64,000 bases of DNA from an uncultured Gammaproteobacteria bacterium (GCA_963747995.1 CAVVHD010000005.1:1699-65698); one strand, 5' to 3'; positions 20,989 through 32,498 are shown, counted from the stretch's first letter. The notes: a model not told the origin generated them from the sequence alone. A program made the numbers and translations.

Positions 20989-21525
20989 TTGATACGGGAA
21001 CCGTTCAACGTGGTCCAGCCCATCGGGGATGTTCAGCAGAGCCAGGTAGCAGAGATGACCGAAAGGTACATGCGCCAGGCAGAGCTTATCTTCGATCGTC
21101 GCTTTGACCGGGTGCCAGTGCTCTTTGACCTGAAAGGTCGTGCAGCAGGGATGTTCAAGACCATAGGCAGGCAGCGGCTTATCCGCTATAACCCGTGGAT
21201 ATTCGGTAAATACTTCGAGGAAAACCTGCGCGACACGGTACCCCATGAAGTGGCGCACTTTATCGTGCACGAGGTTTATCCCAGGCGAGGAGTCAGACCC
21301 CACGGGCACGAGTGGCAAAACCTGATGGCGCAGTTTGGCGCCAACCCTGGCGTTACTTTTGATCTCGATCTGGACGGTGTGCCGCAGCGCAGTCAGAGGA
21401 GCCATCGCTATCATTGCGGGTGTCAGGTACACGAAGTTTCATCCACCCGGCACAACCGGGTCCAGCGACGCAAGGTGCACTATCACTGTTGTTCTTGTGC
21501 AGGTCGGCTGGTGTATGTTCCCTAA
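20989..21525 (+). CDS. sprT: SprT family zinc metalloprotease
   Basis: HEVAH zinc motif followed by PHGHEWQ and C-terminal Cys pairs (YHCGC...YHCCSC), as in E. coli SprT. TTG start as in the track; an alternative ATG lies at about 21053. Confidence 0.85.
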   Translation: MIREPFNVVQPIGDVQQSQVAEMTERYMRQAELIFDRRFDRVPVLFDLKGRAAGMFKTIGRQRLIRYNPWIFGKYFEENLRDTVPHEVAHFIVHEVYPRRGVRPHGHEWQNLMAQFGANPGVTFDLDLDGVPQRSQRSHRYHCGCQVHEVSSTRHNRVQRRKVHYHCCSCAGRLVYVP

Positions 21526-24335
21526 CTGCCAATGTCCAGCTCTACGCCGCTGAACGTATTCGTTTCTTCATTCAGGTTGCCGAGCCCCACGACCGCCCGG
21601 TCTGGCGCCAAACCGCCCTCATTTACCAGGTAGCGCTTGACCGCTGCCGCCCGTTCTGCGGCCAGTTCATTCATTTGCGTATCGGGTACGGTAATGCTCT
21701 GCACCACCTGCAGGTACTGCTCGCTGACAGTAGGTTCAGCGGCGTCTGTGCCACTTTTCGACTGCGCCGCATAGCGCTGACCGATCGCCTTCTCCCAGTC
21801 GGGACCCTTGGCCTTGACGTCCTCCACAGACAGGCCTTCCTCCAGCAGCTGTGCCTTCAGTGTGCTTTTCTGCAGCCGCTCGCGGTCGGCCGACATATTG
21901 AGGCGACCGGTGAGTACCAGGGACAGGTTAGGGCGCTGGGCAAGTGCAGCGGCCAGTTGTGTCAGTTTTTCCTTATTCTTCTCGTGCAGTTGCGCGGAGC
22001 CGGAAGCGAAGACAAGGCGTTGCAGGTCATCTTCAGTGCTTACCAGGTTGGCCAGCAGGGTGAACGGCGCGGTAATTGCCTTGGTTATGAGATTGAGGAA
22101 GGCGCCGGCGATAACACCACCTAGATTAAATTCCGGGTTGTTGACATCCCCCGTCACCGGGACTGCCATATCGATAACTCCGTTGGAGTCTGTCAGTATC
22201 GCCAGGGCCAGTTCCAGCGGGATGTCCAACGCCTTGTCGCTGGAAATTTTTTCGCCCAGTTTCAGTTTTTCTATCCGCAGAGCGTTATGTCCCGTCAATT
22301 TATTGTCTTTGAGCGCGTAGTGCAGATCCAGGTCGAGCAATCCCTGATCAATCGCATAACCTGCATAGGTGCCGGAGTAGGGTGACAGCAGTGCCATATC
22401 GACACCGTCGAAGGTCAGGTTCAAATCAAGGTCGGGGGTCGCGGCAAAGGGCGCGACCGTCCCTGTCAACGACACGGGGGCATAGCCCTCTACTGACCCT
22501 TTAACTTTCACCCTGGCAGCTGCACCATTGCCTGAACTGATATTTAGCACATCGCCTTCCAACTCGCCGATGACGGCGCGAAAAGGAATGGGCAGGGACT
22601 GATCCATAAAATCAATTTCGCTGTCGTTGATCTCTATGGTAGGGATACTGAAAGACCAGGGTTTGTCCTCGGTCAACACCTCGGCGATCTCCTGTGCCTG
22701 TTCACCCACTTCTTCCTTCCAGATGTTTGAGGCGTTGACGGAACCGTCCTCATGGATATGCAAACGTCCCGTGTAGCGGTTGATCGTAAGCTTCTCCAGT
22801 GCCAGGGAGTGCTGTTCCATATTCACGGCCAATCCGTCAAAGCGCACAGTGTCCCAGCCGGTGAATGCTGTCTCTGCACCCTCCTGTTGGGCGGCGAAGC
22901 CCCGAATCTTTCCATCCAGTGCTATAGTGGTGGGCGCATAGTCGTGCAGCGCGGCCTGGCCTTTCACCTCAACTTCGCCACCGGTCACTGTCGCCTTGAG
23001 CGCCTTGGGTAAGTTGGGGTTGAACCAGGTGAGTGGCAGCCCGTCCAGCGTGTAGTCGATGCTGCCATTTCCCTCGGCCAGTGCCAGTGTGCCATTCATT
23101 GCTATGTGCGCCTGGTCGTTCACTGCCAGGTTGAGCGATAGCCGGGAGTCGCCAGACAGTGGCCAATTGAAGTTCTCCAGTGTGGCCTCGATCGGCTGTA
23201 CGGACAGTATCCGGGGGTCGGTGAACTGCGAGCGCCACTGTAGGCTACCGTTACGCAATTGCGCCTTGTTCAGTGCTACCTTCCAGGCAGCCTCGTCTGC
23301 TTTCTCATCCGTCGCAGCAGCGTCTGCGGGCAAGGTCATGACCAACAGCTGCTGCAGACTTACCTGTGAGTCCTCCATCCAGGCCGCTATGGTGAGACCG
23401 TCCAGTGCAACCGAGTCTATCGTGACCTGTTGTGTCGAGCTGTCCAGCGTGATGTTATCGATGTCCAGCGTGTTCAGGGCAAGCGCCGTGTCGGGTAATT
23501 GTTCTGGTGTTAGCGGCGCGATATCGATGGCGGAAAATACAAGGTGGCCATTGTTGATGTGGTAGCTGAATGTATCACTCCAGTTGAGCTCATACTCCCC
23601 CGTCACAGCCAGATTACCGTCCTTGAGCTCAAACTGCAGCCAGGGCTGTGCGAATTGCCACAGCTTGCGCAGCTTCAGGTTCAACAGGGACAGGCGCCCC
23701 GCACTGCTTCCATGCGGGAGGGATATCTCGCCTTCCATGTGCAGTGTGCCGCCATCCTCGGTCTCGACCTCCACGCTGAACGGGGTCGCTTTTTCAATAA
23801 GGGTAGAGATGTCCGTACCGCGAATGTGCAGCCCATTCCAGCGACTGCTGTAGGGAAGTTCCCTAGCCTGGTCGGTGAGGACAATTGTTTCAGAGTGCAG
23901 CTCCAAATCGTGGATGGTCAGGTCGGGGGTGTCGCCATCATCCTTTTCAGGTGTCTCTTGTGCAGTGTCGCCGGGGAGCAGGTCCGAGAAAGTGTATTCG
24001 TCCTCTGTGAGCCGTGTGACATCGACATAGAGATCACGAATTCTCACCGTATCGAGCACCCAGCCCGGCTGCCACAGACTCTGCAGCGACAGGTCGACGG
24101 AGGCGTCGCTAAAGCCGATGAAGCGCTCACCCGTGTCATCGTTTAATGCACCCTCGCTGATATCCAGGCTGACCTTGAAGGGATTGAACAGCACCCAGCC
24201 GGTGCGCAATTCCCGGCCATAGGTGTCCTGCATGTACCAATGCGGCAGGACGTTAAGGGCAGGCGATATGACCAGAAGGGCGATCGCGAGGTATGCGACA
24301 TAGACGATCGTCGCGACACGCAAAAAATTTCGCAT
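21522..24335 (-). CDS. Large DUF748/AsmA-like envelope protein
   Basis: The ORF is intact (949 aa in the track). I place the start at MRNFLRV (24335), just before the single N-terminal TM (ATIVYVAYLAIALLVISPAL). A long beta-rich repetitive body resembles DUF748/AsmA proteins. The 3' end overlaps the sprT stop convergently. Confidence 0.7.
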   Translation of the reverse strand: MRNFLRVATIVYVAYLAIALLVISPALNVLPHWYMQDTYGRELRTGWVLFNPFKVSLDISEGALNDDTGERFIGFSDASVDLSLQSLWQPGWVLDTVRIRDLYVDVTRLTEDEYTFSDLLPGDTAQETPEKDDGDTPDLTIHDLELHSETIVLTDQARELPYSSRWNGLHIRGTDISTLIEKATPFSVEVETEDGGTLHMEGEISLPHGSSAGRLSLLNLKLRKLWQFAQPWLQFELKDGNLAVTGEYELNWSDTFSYHINNGHLVFSAIDIAPLTPEQLPDTALALNTLDIDNITLDSSTQQVTIDSVALDGLTIAAWMEDSQVSLQQLLVMTLPADAAATDEKADEAAWKVALNKAQLRNGSLQWRSQFTDPRILSVQPIEATLENFNWPLSGDSRLSLNLAVNDQAHIAMNGTLALAEGNGSIDYTLDGLPLTWFNPNLPKALKATVTGGEVEVKGQAALHDYAPTTIALDGKIRGFAAQQEGAETAFTGWDTVRFDGLAVNMEQHSLALEKLTINRYTGRLHIHEDGSVNASNIWKEEVGEQAQEIAEVLTEDKPWSFSIPTIEINDSEIDFMDQSLPIPFRAVIGELEGDVLNISSGNGAAARVKVKGSVEGYAPVSLTGTVAPFAATPDLDLNLTFDGVDMALLSPYSGTYAGYAIDQGLLDLDLHYALKDNKLTGHNALRIEKLKLGEKISSDKALDIPLELALAILTDSNGVIDMAVPVTGDVNNPEFNLGGVIAGAFLNLITKAITAPFTLLANLVSTEDDLQRLVFASGSAQLHEKNKEKLTQLAAALAQRPNLSLVLTGRLNMSADRERLQKSTLKAQLLEEGLSVEDVKAKGPDWEKAIGQRYAAQSKSGTDAAEPTVSEQYLQVVQSITVPDTQMNELAAERAAAVKRYLVNEGGLAPDRAVVGLGNLNEETNTFSGVELDIGS

Positions 24336-24415
24336 GTAAAGACTACCTGCGATGCTTAGACCAGTGCCCAATATAGTGCATCTGGCGGTTCATGCCCACC
24401 GCGCCTACAAATTTC

Positions 24416-25417
24416 TCAGAGACCCTTGCGGTAAGTGTAGGGTGTAACGCCAGTCCAGCCCTTGAACGCCCGGATAAATGCGCTGGATTCCGAAAACCCC
24501 GCCCGATACGAGATCTCCTCGATACTGATGCCCTGCTTGCCCAGGAAGTGCAGCGCCGTATCCCGGCGTACCTGGTTCTTGATATCCTTGAAGGTCGTGC
24601 CTTCGGCGGCCAGGCGCCGCCGCAGTGTCTGTGGATGGACTTCCAGAGCAGAGGCCACATCGTTGAGTTCCGGGATGTCGCGCAGCTGGCGGCGCGCAAT
24701 ATCGCGTACCCGGGATGTCCAGCTGTTGATGGCGTAATCCTGGGTGAGCATGATCAGTGTCGGGTGGCGCAGAAAATGGCGCAGTGAGGTTTCATTCTGG
24801 GTGATGCGTTTCTCCAGCAGGCCCCGGGACAGTACCAGCTGTGAGCGAGGCTGTTCGAACTCCACCGGATTGGCCAGGAACATATGGCGGTAGTCCAGTG
24901 CCGGTGCCAGTGGCGCATAATCAAACTGCACGACTTGAATCGGCAGGTGTTCCTGCACCAGCCAGCTGGCAAAGCGGTGGGTATTGAACAGCAGCAATTC
25001 ATGAAGGTAGGGATGCGGCGGCGTATCGACATCCTGTCTAACCAGAAGGATGCGCACCAGGTCCCCATCCTCTTCCAGCACCGTATGTATACCCAGCTCA
25101 AACAACTGGTAGAAGCGGCAATAGCGGCTGAGCGCCTGCCCGAGAGTCTCGCACCCGATGACCGCGTGGCACATCATCGACCAGCAGCCGACAGGCAGGG
25201 GTCTGGTGCCGTAACCGAGGGCCTCGTCGCTCATCGCCTGCATCGTGTTGACCTGCAGGTCAGCGAAGCGCTCAATGGATATGCGCGCGTTGTCCTCCAG
25301 CATCAGGCGCGGGGAGATCCGGTTCTTGCGCAGCAAGCTGATGGGGTCAAGGCCCTGGGCTACCGCATTTTTCAGCACCGCCCGTGCGAAATAGACTGAT
25401 ATGGACAAGTCGCGCAT
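24416..25417 (-). CDS. AraC family transcriptional regulator (N-terminal ligand-binding domain plus C-terminal HTH)
   Basis: 333-aa ORF. The C-terminal AraC HTH reads ...ELNDVASALEVHPQTLRRRLAAEGTTFKDIKNQVRRDTALHFL...ISIEEISYRAGFSESSAFIRAFKGWTGVTP. Confidence 0.85.
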   Translation of the reverse strand: MRDLSISVYFARAVLKNAVAQGLDPISLLRKNRISPRLMLEDNARISIERFADLQVNTMQAMSDEALGYGTRPLPVGCWSMMCHAVIGCETLGQALSRYCRFYQLFELGIHTVLEEDGDLVRILLVRQDVDTPPHPYLHELLLFNTHRFASWLVQEHLPIQVVQFDYAPLAPALDYRHMFLANPVEFEQPRSQLVLSRGLLEKRITQNETSLRHFLRHPTLIMLTQDYAINSWTSRVRDIARRQLRDIPELNDVASALEVHPQTLRRRLAAEGTTFKDIKNQVRRDTALHFLGKQGISIEEISYRAGFSESSAFIRAFKGWTGVTPYTYRKGL

Positions 25418-25424
25418 GGGACTG

Positions 25425-26598
25425 TCAGGCCTTGCTGGGTTGCGTTCGGAGGTGGACGGGTTTGTTCTCCACCGAGGCCAGGCGGTTGCGCCCCGCGCGC
25501 TTGGCCAGGTACATCGCCCGGTCTGCCTCCTGGGCCAGCTTGTCCAGGTCTGTTTCCCCGACGGCGCCAGCCACGCCGAGGCTCACAGTGACCGGGATGC
25601 GCTGTTGATTCACCACCAGGGGTCGCTCGGCGATGTCCGCGCGGATGCGCTCGGCCAGAATTCGGGCTCCCTCCAGGTCGGTATGAGGCAGGATCAGCAG
25701 GTACTCATCGCCGCCGGTACGGGCCAGCAGATCGCTGTCACGGCTCACGCGCTGCACAAGTTGCGCAATCTGCCTGATCACCTGGTCGCCCGCTTCATTG
25801 CCGAAATTGGTATTCACCTCCTTGAAATTATCGATATCCAACATGATCGCCGCTGTGGGCCATTGTTGGCGCGCGGCCTGCGCCAGGGTAATGTGCAGAA
25901 CGCTCTCCAGTCCGCGATGGTTGAGCAGTCCTGTCAGTGGGTCTTCCGTGGCCAGGTGTGACAGATTTTGTTGGTAGTCGATGAGAACACTGGCCAGAAA
26001 ACCCATGGCCACCAGCACGTAAGCAGCGCTATAGACACCAAAAGCCACTGCCTGGGCTTGCGGGTAATTGTCCTGGATCAGCCACTGATACAACGCCGCG
26101 GGCATGCCGAGCACCATCAGCAAGGCGGCCGTGGCGGTGATACCGTCGCCCACATTGCTTTTATTCCAACTGCGCCAACCGCACAGCAGGCCTGTTGCAC
26201 CGAACAGGAAAGCAGCGGTGGCCGTTTGCATGCCAAACATCTCGCGGGGCCGGAGAAAGAATACACTGAGGCACGCTACCAGGCTGATAACCCCCAGCGC
26301 ATAGCGTCCCCGCCTGATCCCCGCCCGTTGTCCCGCTGCCAGGAACAGTACGTAACTGTTGATTACAGACGCCACCGAGGGTATGTCCACAGCCATTGGC
26401 ACGTTCGGATACCTGTTGCAGGGTAATGGCGATCCAGCCCAGCAGTGCGGCCATGAAATAGACTGTATACAGGCCCAGCCCCGGCGTCGGGTTGTCGGCA
26501 TCGCTGAGTACATAGACTACCAGCATCATGGTGCAGGTGATCAGGAAGATCAGACCAAAGTAGATGACGACCCAGTTTTCGGGATGAATCTGTTGCAT
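25425..26598 (-). pseudogene. Membrane-anchored diguanylate cyclase (GGDEF), one frameshift in the membrane domain
   Basis: The GGDEF domain is intact (DPLTGLLNHRG..., RTGGDEYLLIL, RAMYLAKRAGRNR). The N-terminal TM region is split between ORFs 26161..26598 and 25425..26513, joining near 26405-26415 (...WIAITLQQ / PNVPMAVDIPSVASVINSYVLF). Confidence 0.85.
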
Positions 26599-26732
26599 AG
26601 CCTGTCCAGTTTGTGCCGCGTTATACGGCTGTAATTTCCAGTCAATTTATTTGTCGGGGCGGGTCATTGTTGGCCCATCGGGCGCTCACCATACTGTTGG
26701 CCGCACAACTTTCCGCTTCCAGGGGTGGCACC

Positions 26733-27911
26733 ATGTTGCAACGAGAATTCACTGAAGAGCAGCATATGTTTCGCGATGCCTACCGCAAATTTCTCGCTGT
26801 GGAGATTGTGCCACATATGGAGTCGTGGCGTGAGGCTGGAATCGTTGATCGCGAAGCCTTCCGCCGGGCGGGGGAGCAGGGCTTCCTGATGGTGTGGCCG
26901 GATGAAAAGTACGGGGGTATGGGTGATCCCGATTTTCGCTTTGAGCAGATCATTATCGAGGAGACTGCCTATGCCAGGGCCGGTGACTGGTATAACTCGC
27001 TGCACAGCCGGCTGGTGGGGCCCTACTTCACCCGCTTCGGCAACGAGGAGCAGTGCCAGCGCTTCCTGCCCGGCTGCGTGAGTGGCGAGACCATTCTGGC
27101 TATCGCCATGACCGAGCCCGATGCGGGCAGCGACCTGGCGGGCATGCGCGCTACTGCGGTGGAAAAGGACGACCACTGGGTGCTGAACGGCTCCAAGACT
27201 TACATCTCCAACGGCATCAACGCCGATATGGTGATGGTCGCGGCCAAGACCGACCCGGAGCAACAACCCCCACCATATGACCCTATTTCTGGTGGAGCGG
27301 GGGATGGAGGGTTTTGCGCGGGGGCGCAACCTGGAGAAGATGGGCATGAAGGCCCAGGATACGGCCGAGCTGTTCTTCAATGACGTCAAGGTGCCCAAAG
27401 CCAACGTGCTGGGTGAGCCGGGCAGGGGTTTTATCTATTTGATGCAGGGCCTGGCCGAGGAGCGCCTGCATTGGCGCCGCTGGCTACATCGCCAGCGCCC
27501 AGTTGTCCTGGGATCTCACGGCTGGACTATGTGAAAGAGCGCAAGGCGTTTGGCAAACCCCTGGCAGCCTTCCAGAATACTCAATTCAGGTTGGCCGAGA
27601 TGCGCATGCAACTGGATATCGCGCAAAGCTATGTCGATCAATGCGTGCGGGCCTTTGCCGCGGGTCAGTTGACGGCGGTGGACGCCGCCAAGGCGAAACT
27701 GGTCACCAGCGAGTTGGCAGTGGCTGCCGCGGACCTGGGTGTGCAGATGCACGGTGGTGCCGGATACATGGATGAATACCCCATAAGCAGGCAATATACC
27801 GACGCGAGAATTACCACTATCTATGCAGGCAGCTCCGAGGTGATGAAAATAATCATCAGCCGGGATTGTCTTGGTGAAAACTATGTTCCGTTCAATACCC
27901 GTAATTTCTAA
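26733..27911 (+). pseudogene. Acyl-CoA dehydrogenase, three frameshifts
   Basis: Begins MLQREFTEEQHMFRDAYRKF... and ...AIAMTEPDAGSDLAGMRATA...NGSKTYISNG. It continues as ...MTLFLVERGMEGFARGRNLEKMGMKAQDTAELFF... and then ...LDYVKERKAFGKPLAAFQNTQF...YAGSSEVMK. Junctions lie near 27268 (a C5 run), 27469 and 27521. Confidence 0.85.
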
Positions 27912-27956
27912 TCCCTTACATTAATCGCAGTACACCGACAATTCAGGAGAACTACC

Positions 27957-28748
27957 ATGGATCTGAAAGACAAAGTAGCAGTAATCACCGGCGGCGCATC
28001 TGGCCTCGGCCGCGCCACCGTCAGGCGTTTCGTCGCCAATGGCGCCAAGGCTGCCATCTTCGATATGAACGCGGAGAAGGCCAATCAGCTGGTCGCGGAA
28101 TTTCCCGGCAAGGTGATTTTCTGCAACGTCAACGTGACCAGTGAGGAGTCCGTCGCGGCGGGTATCGCCGCGACCATCAAGGAGTTCGGTGCGATCCACA
28201 TCTGCTGTAACTTCGCCGGCACCGGCAATGCCATACGCACCATGGGCAAGAAAGGTCCGTTCCCGCTGGACGAATTCAACCGCATCATCCAGATCAACCT
28301 CGTGGGTACTTTTAACGTATTGCGCCTGTGCGCCGAGAAAATGGCCGACAACGCCGTGCTTAACGAAGATGGTGGCCGCGGTGTGATCATCAACACGGCC
28401 TCCATCGCCGCTTATGAGGGCCAGATTGGCCAGGCCGCCTACTCGGCGTCCAAGGGTGGTGTGGTCGGTATGACCCTGCCGATCGCACGTGACCTTGCTG
28501 TGTTGGGTATTCGGGTCAACACCATCGTGCCTGGCCTGATCGCGACGCCACTGATGATGGGTGGCGCCGAGGAAATGACGCCGGAGATCGCCGAATTCCT
28601 GAAGCCGCTGGCCAGCCAGGTACTCTATCCCAAGCGGCTGGGCAAGGCGGATGAAATTGCCCAGCTGGCCCAGCAGATGGTGGAGAACGACTACATCAAT
28701 GCCGAATGTATCCGTATGGACGGCGGCATTCGCATGCAGCCCAAGTAA
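27957..28748 (+). CDS. SDR family 3-hydroxyacyl-CoA dehydrogenase (type-2 HADH-like)
   Basis: Intact 263 aa with TGGASGLG Rossmann motif, NTASIAAYEGQIGQAAYSASKGG (Ser...YxxxK) and PGLIATP. Confidence 0.85.
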   Translation: MDLKDKVAVITGGASGLGRATVRRFVANGAKAAIFDMNAEKANQLVAEFPGKVIFCNVNVTSEESVAAGIAATIKEFGAIHICCNFAGTGNAIRTMGKKGPFPLDEFNRIIQINLVGTFNVLRLCAEKMADNAVLNEDGGRGVIINTASIAAYEGQIGQAAYSASKGGVVGMTLPIARDLAVLGIRVNTIVPGLIATPLMMGGAEEMTPEIAEFLKPLASQVLYPKRLGKADEIAQLAQQMVENDYINAECIRMDGGIRMQPK

Positions 28749-28822
28749 GGACTGTTCGTCACAGCGTGCGCGCCGGGATCATTTCCCGGCGCGGCGCAGT
28801 CAATCATTCACAGGAGAAGCGT

Positions 28823-29957
28823 ATGGGGCCGTTGCACGGCTATACGGTGATAGAACTTGCCGGTATCGGGCCCGCCCCCATGGGCGGCATGATGCTTGCG
28901 GACATGGGCGCGGAGGTGATCCGTATCGAACGGGCGGGCGGTGCCAGCGCGCTGGTGATGAAGGATGTCAGTGCGCGGGGCAAGAAATCGGTGGTGATCA
29001 ATCTCAAGGACCCCGCCGGCCTCGAAACCCTGCTGCGCATGGTGGAGAACGCCGATGTGCTGATCGATCCCTATCGTCCGGGTGTTTGTGAAAAGCTGGG
29101 TATTGGCCCGCATGTTTGCCTGGCACGCAACCCCAAACTGGTGTTCGCGCGCATGACAGGCTGGGGACAGGAAGGTCCGCTGGCGCAGAGCGCCGGGCAC
29201 GATATCAACTATATCTCCATCACCGGTGCGCTTTTCGCCATGGGACGTAAGGGTGAAAAGCCGGTACCGCCACTGAACCTGGTCGGCGATATGGGCGGTG
29301 GCGGCATGCTGCTGGTCAACGGCATCCTGGCCGCGTTGCTGGAGACGGCCAATTCCGGCCAGGGGCAGGTGATCGATGTGGCCATGGTGGACGGCGCCGC
29401 GCAACTGATGTGGATGTTCCACAGTTTCCAGGCCATCGGCCTGTGGGATGCCACGCAACGTGAAGTCCAATATGCTGGACGGTGGTGCGCATTTCTACGA
29501 TACCTATGAGTGTGCCGATGGCCAGTACATTTCCCTGGGTTCCATCGAGCCGCAGTTTTACAAGCTGTTAAAGGAATTGGCAGGCTTGTCTGAGGCCGAT
29601 TTCGGGGCCCAGAATGACCAGTCCCAGTGGCCTGCGATGAAAGACAAGTTGGCTGCTATCATCAGGCAAAAAACCCAGGCGCAGTGGTGCAGCATCATGG
29701 AGGGCACGGATGTGTGTTTCGCCCCTGTGCTGAATTTTATGGAGGCGCCGCGCCATCCCGCTAACGTTGCCCGCAACACCTATATCGAGGTCGATGGCGT
29801 TACCCAGCCGGCACCGGCCCCACGCTTCAGTCGCACACCCTCCAAAGTGCAGCACGGTGCCCACGATACCGGGCAGGATACGGACGCGGTGCTGACGGCG
29901 ATGGGCTTTGGTGAACAGGAACTGGCGAGCCTCAGGGCCGCCGGTGCAATCGTATGA
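28823..29957 (+). pseudogene. Family III CoA-transferase (CaiB/BaiF), alpha-methylacyl-CoA racemase-like, one frameshift
   Basis: AGGAG RBS plus ATG 28823. Contains MGPLHGYTVIELAGIGPAPMGGMMLADMGAEVIRIER..., GHDINYISITGAL and then ...SNMLDGGAHFYDTYECADGQYISLG in the next frame. The junction lies near 29455-29470. Confidence 0.85.
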
Positions 29958-29983
29958 TGATGAACCATGCAGAGGTATGTGCC

Positions 29984-30772
29984 ATGAGCAAGTATGAAAC
30001 AGTGTTGGTCGAACGCCACGGCGCCGTTGCCGTGGTCAGCCTGAACCGGCCGGACAAGCTCAATAGTTTCAATGGGCCGCTGCGCCGCGAGCTGCTGCTG
30101 GCGGTGCGCGAGGTCAATGACGATGACAGCGTGCGCGTGGTGATACTGACCGGCGCGGGTCGCGCCTTCAGTGCCGGCGCCGACCTGGCCGATATGCCGG
30201 CAGGACAAATCCACCTTCCGCGTGGAGGACCAGCTCAACGGCGAGTACAAGCCGCTGCTGATGGAAATCCACGAGGCGCCCAAGCCCTGGATCAGTGCGA
30301 TCAACGGCGCCTGCGCCGGTATCGGCAGCGCCCTCGGCATGGTCTGCGATCTCACGGTGATGGCGGATGACGCCTATATTTACCAGGCATTTGCCGGCAT
30401 CAGCCTGGTGCCCGACGGTGGCGCCACCTGGCATCTGGTGCGCACCCTGGGCCGCAAACGCGCCTACGAAGTGATCGTCACCGGCGAAAAAATTCGCGCC
30501 GACAAGTGCCTGCAATGGGGCCTGTGCAACCGAGTGGTGCCGGCCGACAAACTGCTTGAAGAAACCCTGGCATGGGCGGAGAGATCGCCGCGAAGGCGCC
30601 GCTGTCATTGCGCTATGCCAAACAGGCTGTGAATGCCGCGATCGAGGACTCGGTAAGCGATACCATTTCCGCCGAGGCTAAACTGCAGCATATCTGCATT
30701 ACCAGCGCGGATGCCCAGGAGGGCGTGATTGCCTTTATGCAAAAACGCGCTCCGGTGTGGCAGGGGCGTTAG
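29984..30772 (+). pseudogene. Enoyl-CoA hydratase/isomerase (crotonase family), two frameshifts
   Basis: Contains ...VSLNRPDKLNSFN...VVILTGAGRAFSAGADL, then ...PWISAINGACAGIGSALGMVCDL...SLVPDGGATW, then ...APLSLRYAKQAV...EGVIAFMQKRAPVW. Junctions lie near 30205 and 30575. Confidence 0.85.
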
Positions 30773-30859
30773 CGGTGGAGGACTAGCGGGTTTGTGTTGA
30801 GCACGGGTTAAGTCGCGAGCAATCAACGCTTCTGAAAGATCACAACGAGCGGGTGAGAG

Positions 30860-32388
30860 ATGGACGAAGATCAGGCCCGAACTGCAGGCCTTGCGGGAGC
30901 GCATAGAGCGCACGCTGGACGAGGCGCGGGCGGAAGCGCGCACCAAGCGCCATGCCAAAGGCTATCGCACCGCGCGGGAAAATGTTGCTGATCTCGTCGA
31001 TGAGGGTCCTTCCAGGAGTACGGCCAGCTGGCGGTCGCCGCGCAGCGCAGTCGCCGCGACTATGCGGATTTGCAAACCAGCACTGCCGCCGACGGTATCA
31101 TCACCGGCACCTGCACCATCAACGCCGCACTCGTCGGGCCCAGCGCGCACGCGCCGGCGTCATCGTCAATGATTACTCTGTGCTGGCCGGCACCCAGGGA
31201 TATTTTCACCACCGCAAACTCGATCGACTCTGCGAGCTGGCGCAGGAGTTGTCGCTGCCCCTGATTATGTATACCGAAGGCGGTGGCGGGCGGCCGGGTG
31301 ATACCGATGTCACGACGCAAATCGCGGGCCTGAATATCAAATCATTCAGCACCTGGGCGGCGCTCAGTGGCAAGGTGCCGCGTATCGCCGTCAACAACGG
31401 CTACTGCTTTGCCGGCAATGCCGCACTGTTTGGTTGCGCGGATTTCTGTATCGCCACGCGCACATCGTGGATCGGCATGGCCGGGCCCGCGATGATCGAA
31501 GGCGGTGGCATGGGCAAGTACGAACCCACCGCCATTGGTCCGATCGAGGTACAGGAAAAGAACGGGGTGGTCGATATCGTCGCCGAGGACGAGGCGCACG
31601 CGACGGTACTGGCGAAGCAACTGCTGTCCTATTTTCAGGGTGCGGTGCCTGACTGGGAAAGCCGTCCCGCAGGAAACCCTGCGCGATGCCATTCCCGAGG
31701 ATCGGCGCTGGGGCTACCCGGTGCGGCGCATCATTGAAACCATTGCTGATACCGGTTCTTTCCTGGAGTTACAGCGCATTTACGGGCGTAGCATCATCAC
31801 CGGATTTATCCGCCTGGAGGGCAAGCCCATCGCGCTGATTGCCAACGATTGCCAGCAACTCGGCGGCGCGGTGGATGCGACGGCTGCGGAGAAAGCCGCC
31901 CGGTTCCTGCAGATCTGCGATGCGTTCTCGCTGCCGGTACTTTCCCTCACGGATACGCCCGGCTTTATGGTGGGCCCCGACAGTGAGGTACAGGGTGCCG
32001 TGCGGCGCATGTCGTCCCTGTTCCTGGCGGGCTCGAAACTGCGCGTGCCCATGGTCGCGATATTTTTGCGCAAGGCGTACGGGCTCGGCGCGATGGCGAT
32101 GACCGGTGGCAGTTTTGTGGCGCCGGTGTATGCCGCCGCGTGGCCCACCGGCGAGGTCGGCGGCATGGGACTGGAAGGCGCCGTGCGACTGGGCTTCAAA
32201 AAGGAGCTGGAAGCGCAGGGGGATCCGGTCGCGCGCGAGCAACTATTCCAGCAGCTGGTCGCGCGACATGTATGAGGTGGGCAAGGCCTCGGAAGCGGCC
32301 TCCTACCTGGAGCTGGATGCGGTCATCGATCCGGCTGGCTACCCGCGCTGTCGTACTGCGGGCACTGGCGGCAGCGAGCAAGCCCTAG
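30860..32388 (+). pseudogene. Acyl-CoA carboxylase carboxyltransferase (Carboxyl_trans domain, PccB/MccB-like), about six frameshifts
   Basis: Six frame segments read through as ...ELQALRERIERTLDE...RENVADLVDEG / SFQEYGQLAV...DGIITGTCTINA / GVIVNDYSVLAGTQGYFHHRK...YTEGGGGR... / ...GYPVRRIIETIADTGSFLELQ...ANDCQQLGGAVD...LTDTPGFMVGP... / MYEVGKASEAASYLELDAVIDPA / TRAVVLRAL. Junctions lie near 30877, 31007, 31150, 31655, 32262 and 32338. Confidence 0.8.
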
Positions 32389-32498
32389 GCTGTTTACCCG
32401 TACCGGCACCCTCTGACATCGTAGATCCAAATCTTAGTTTGGTCTTGATACCTCGACAGGCGCTGACAACTTAACTACGGCGTACGGATAATTTGCAG

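Noticed and set aside
21522-21525. Four-nucleotide convergent overlap of the sprT and DUF748 stop codons as a possible regulatory feature
   Set aside because: Overlapping convergent stops are common in compact genomes. Nothing else in the sequence supports a special mechanism.
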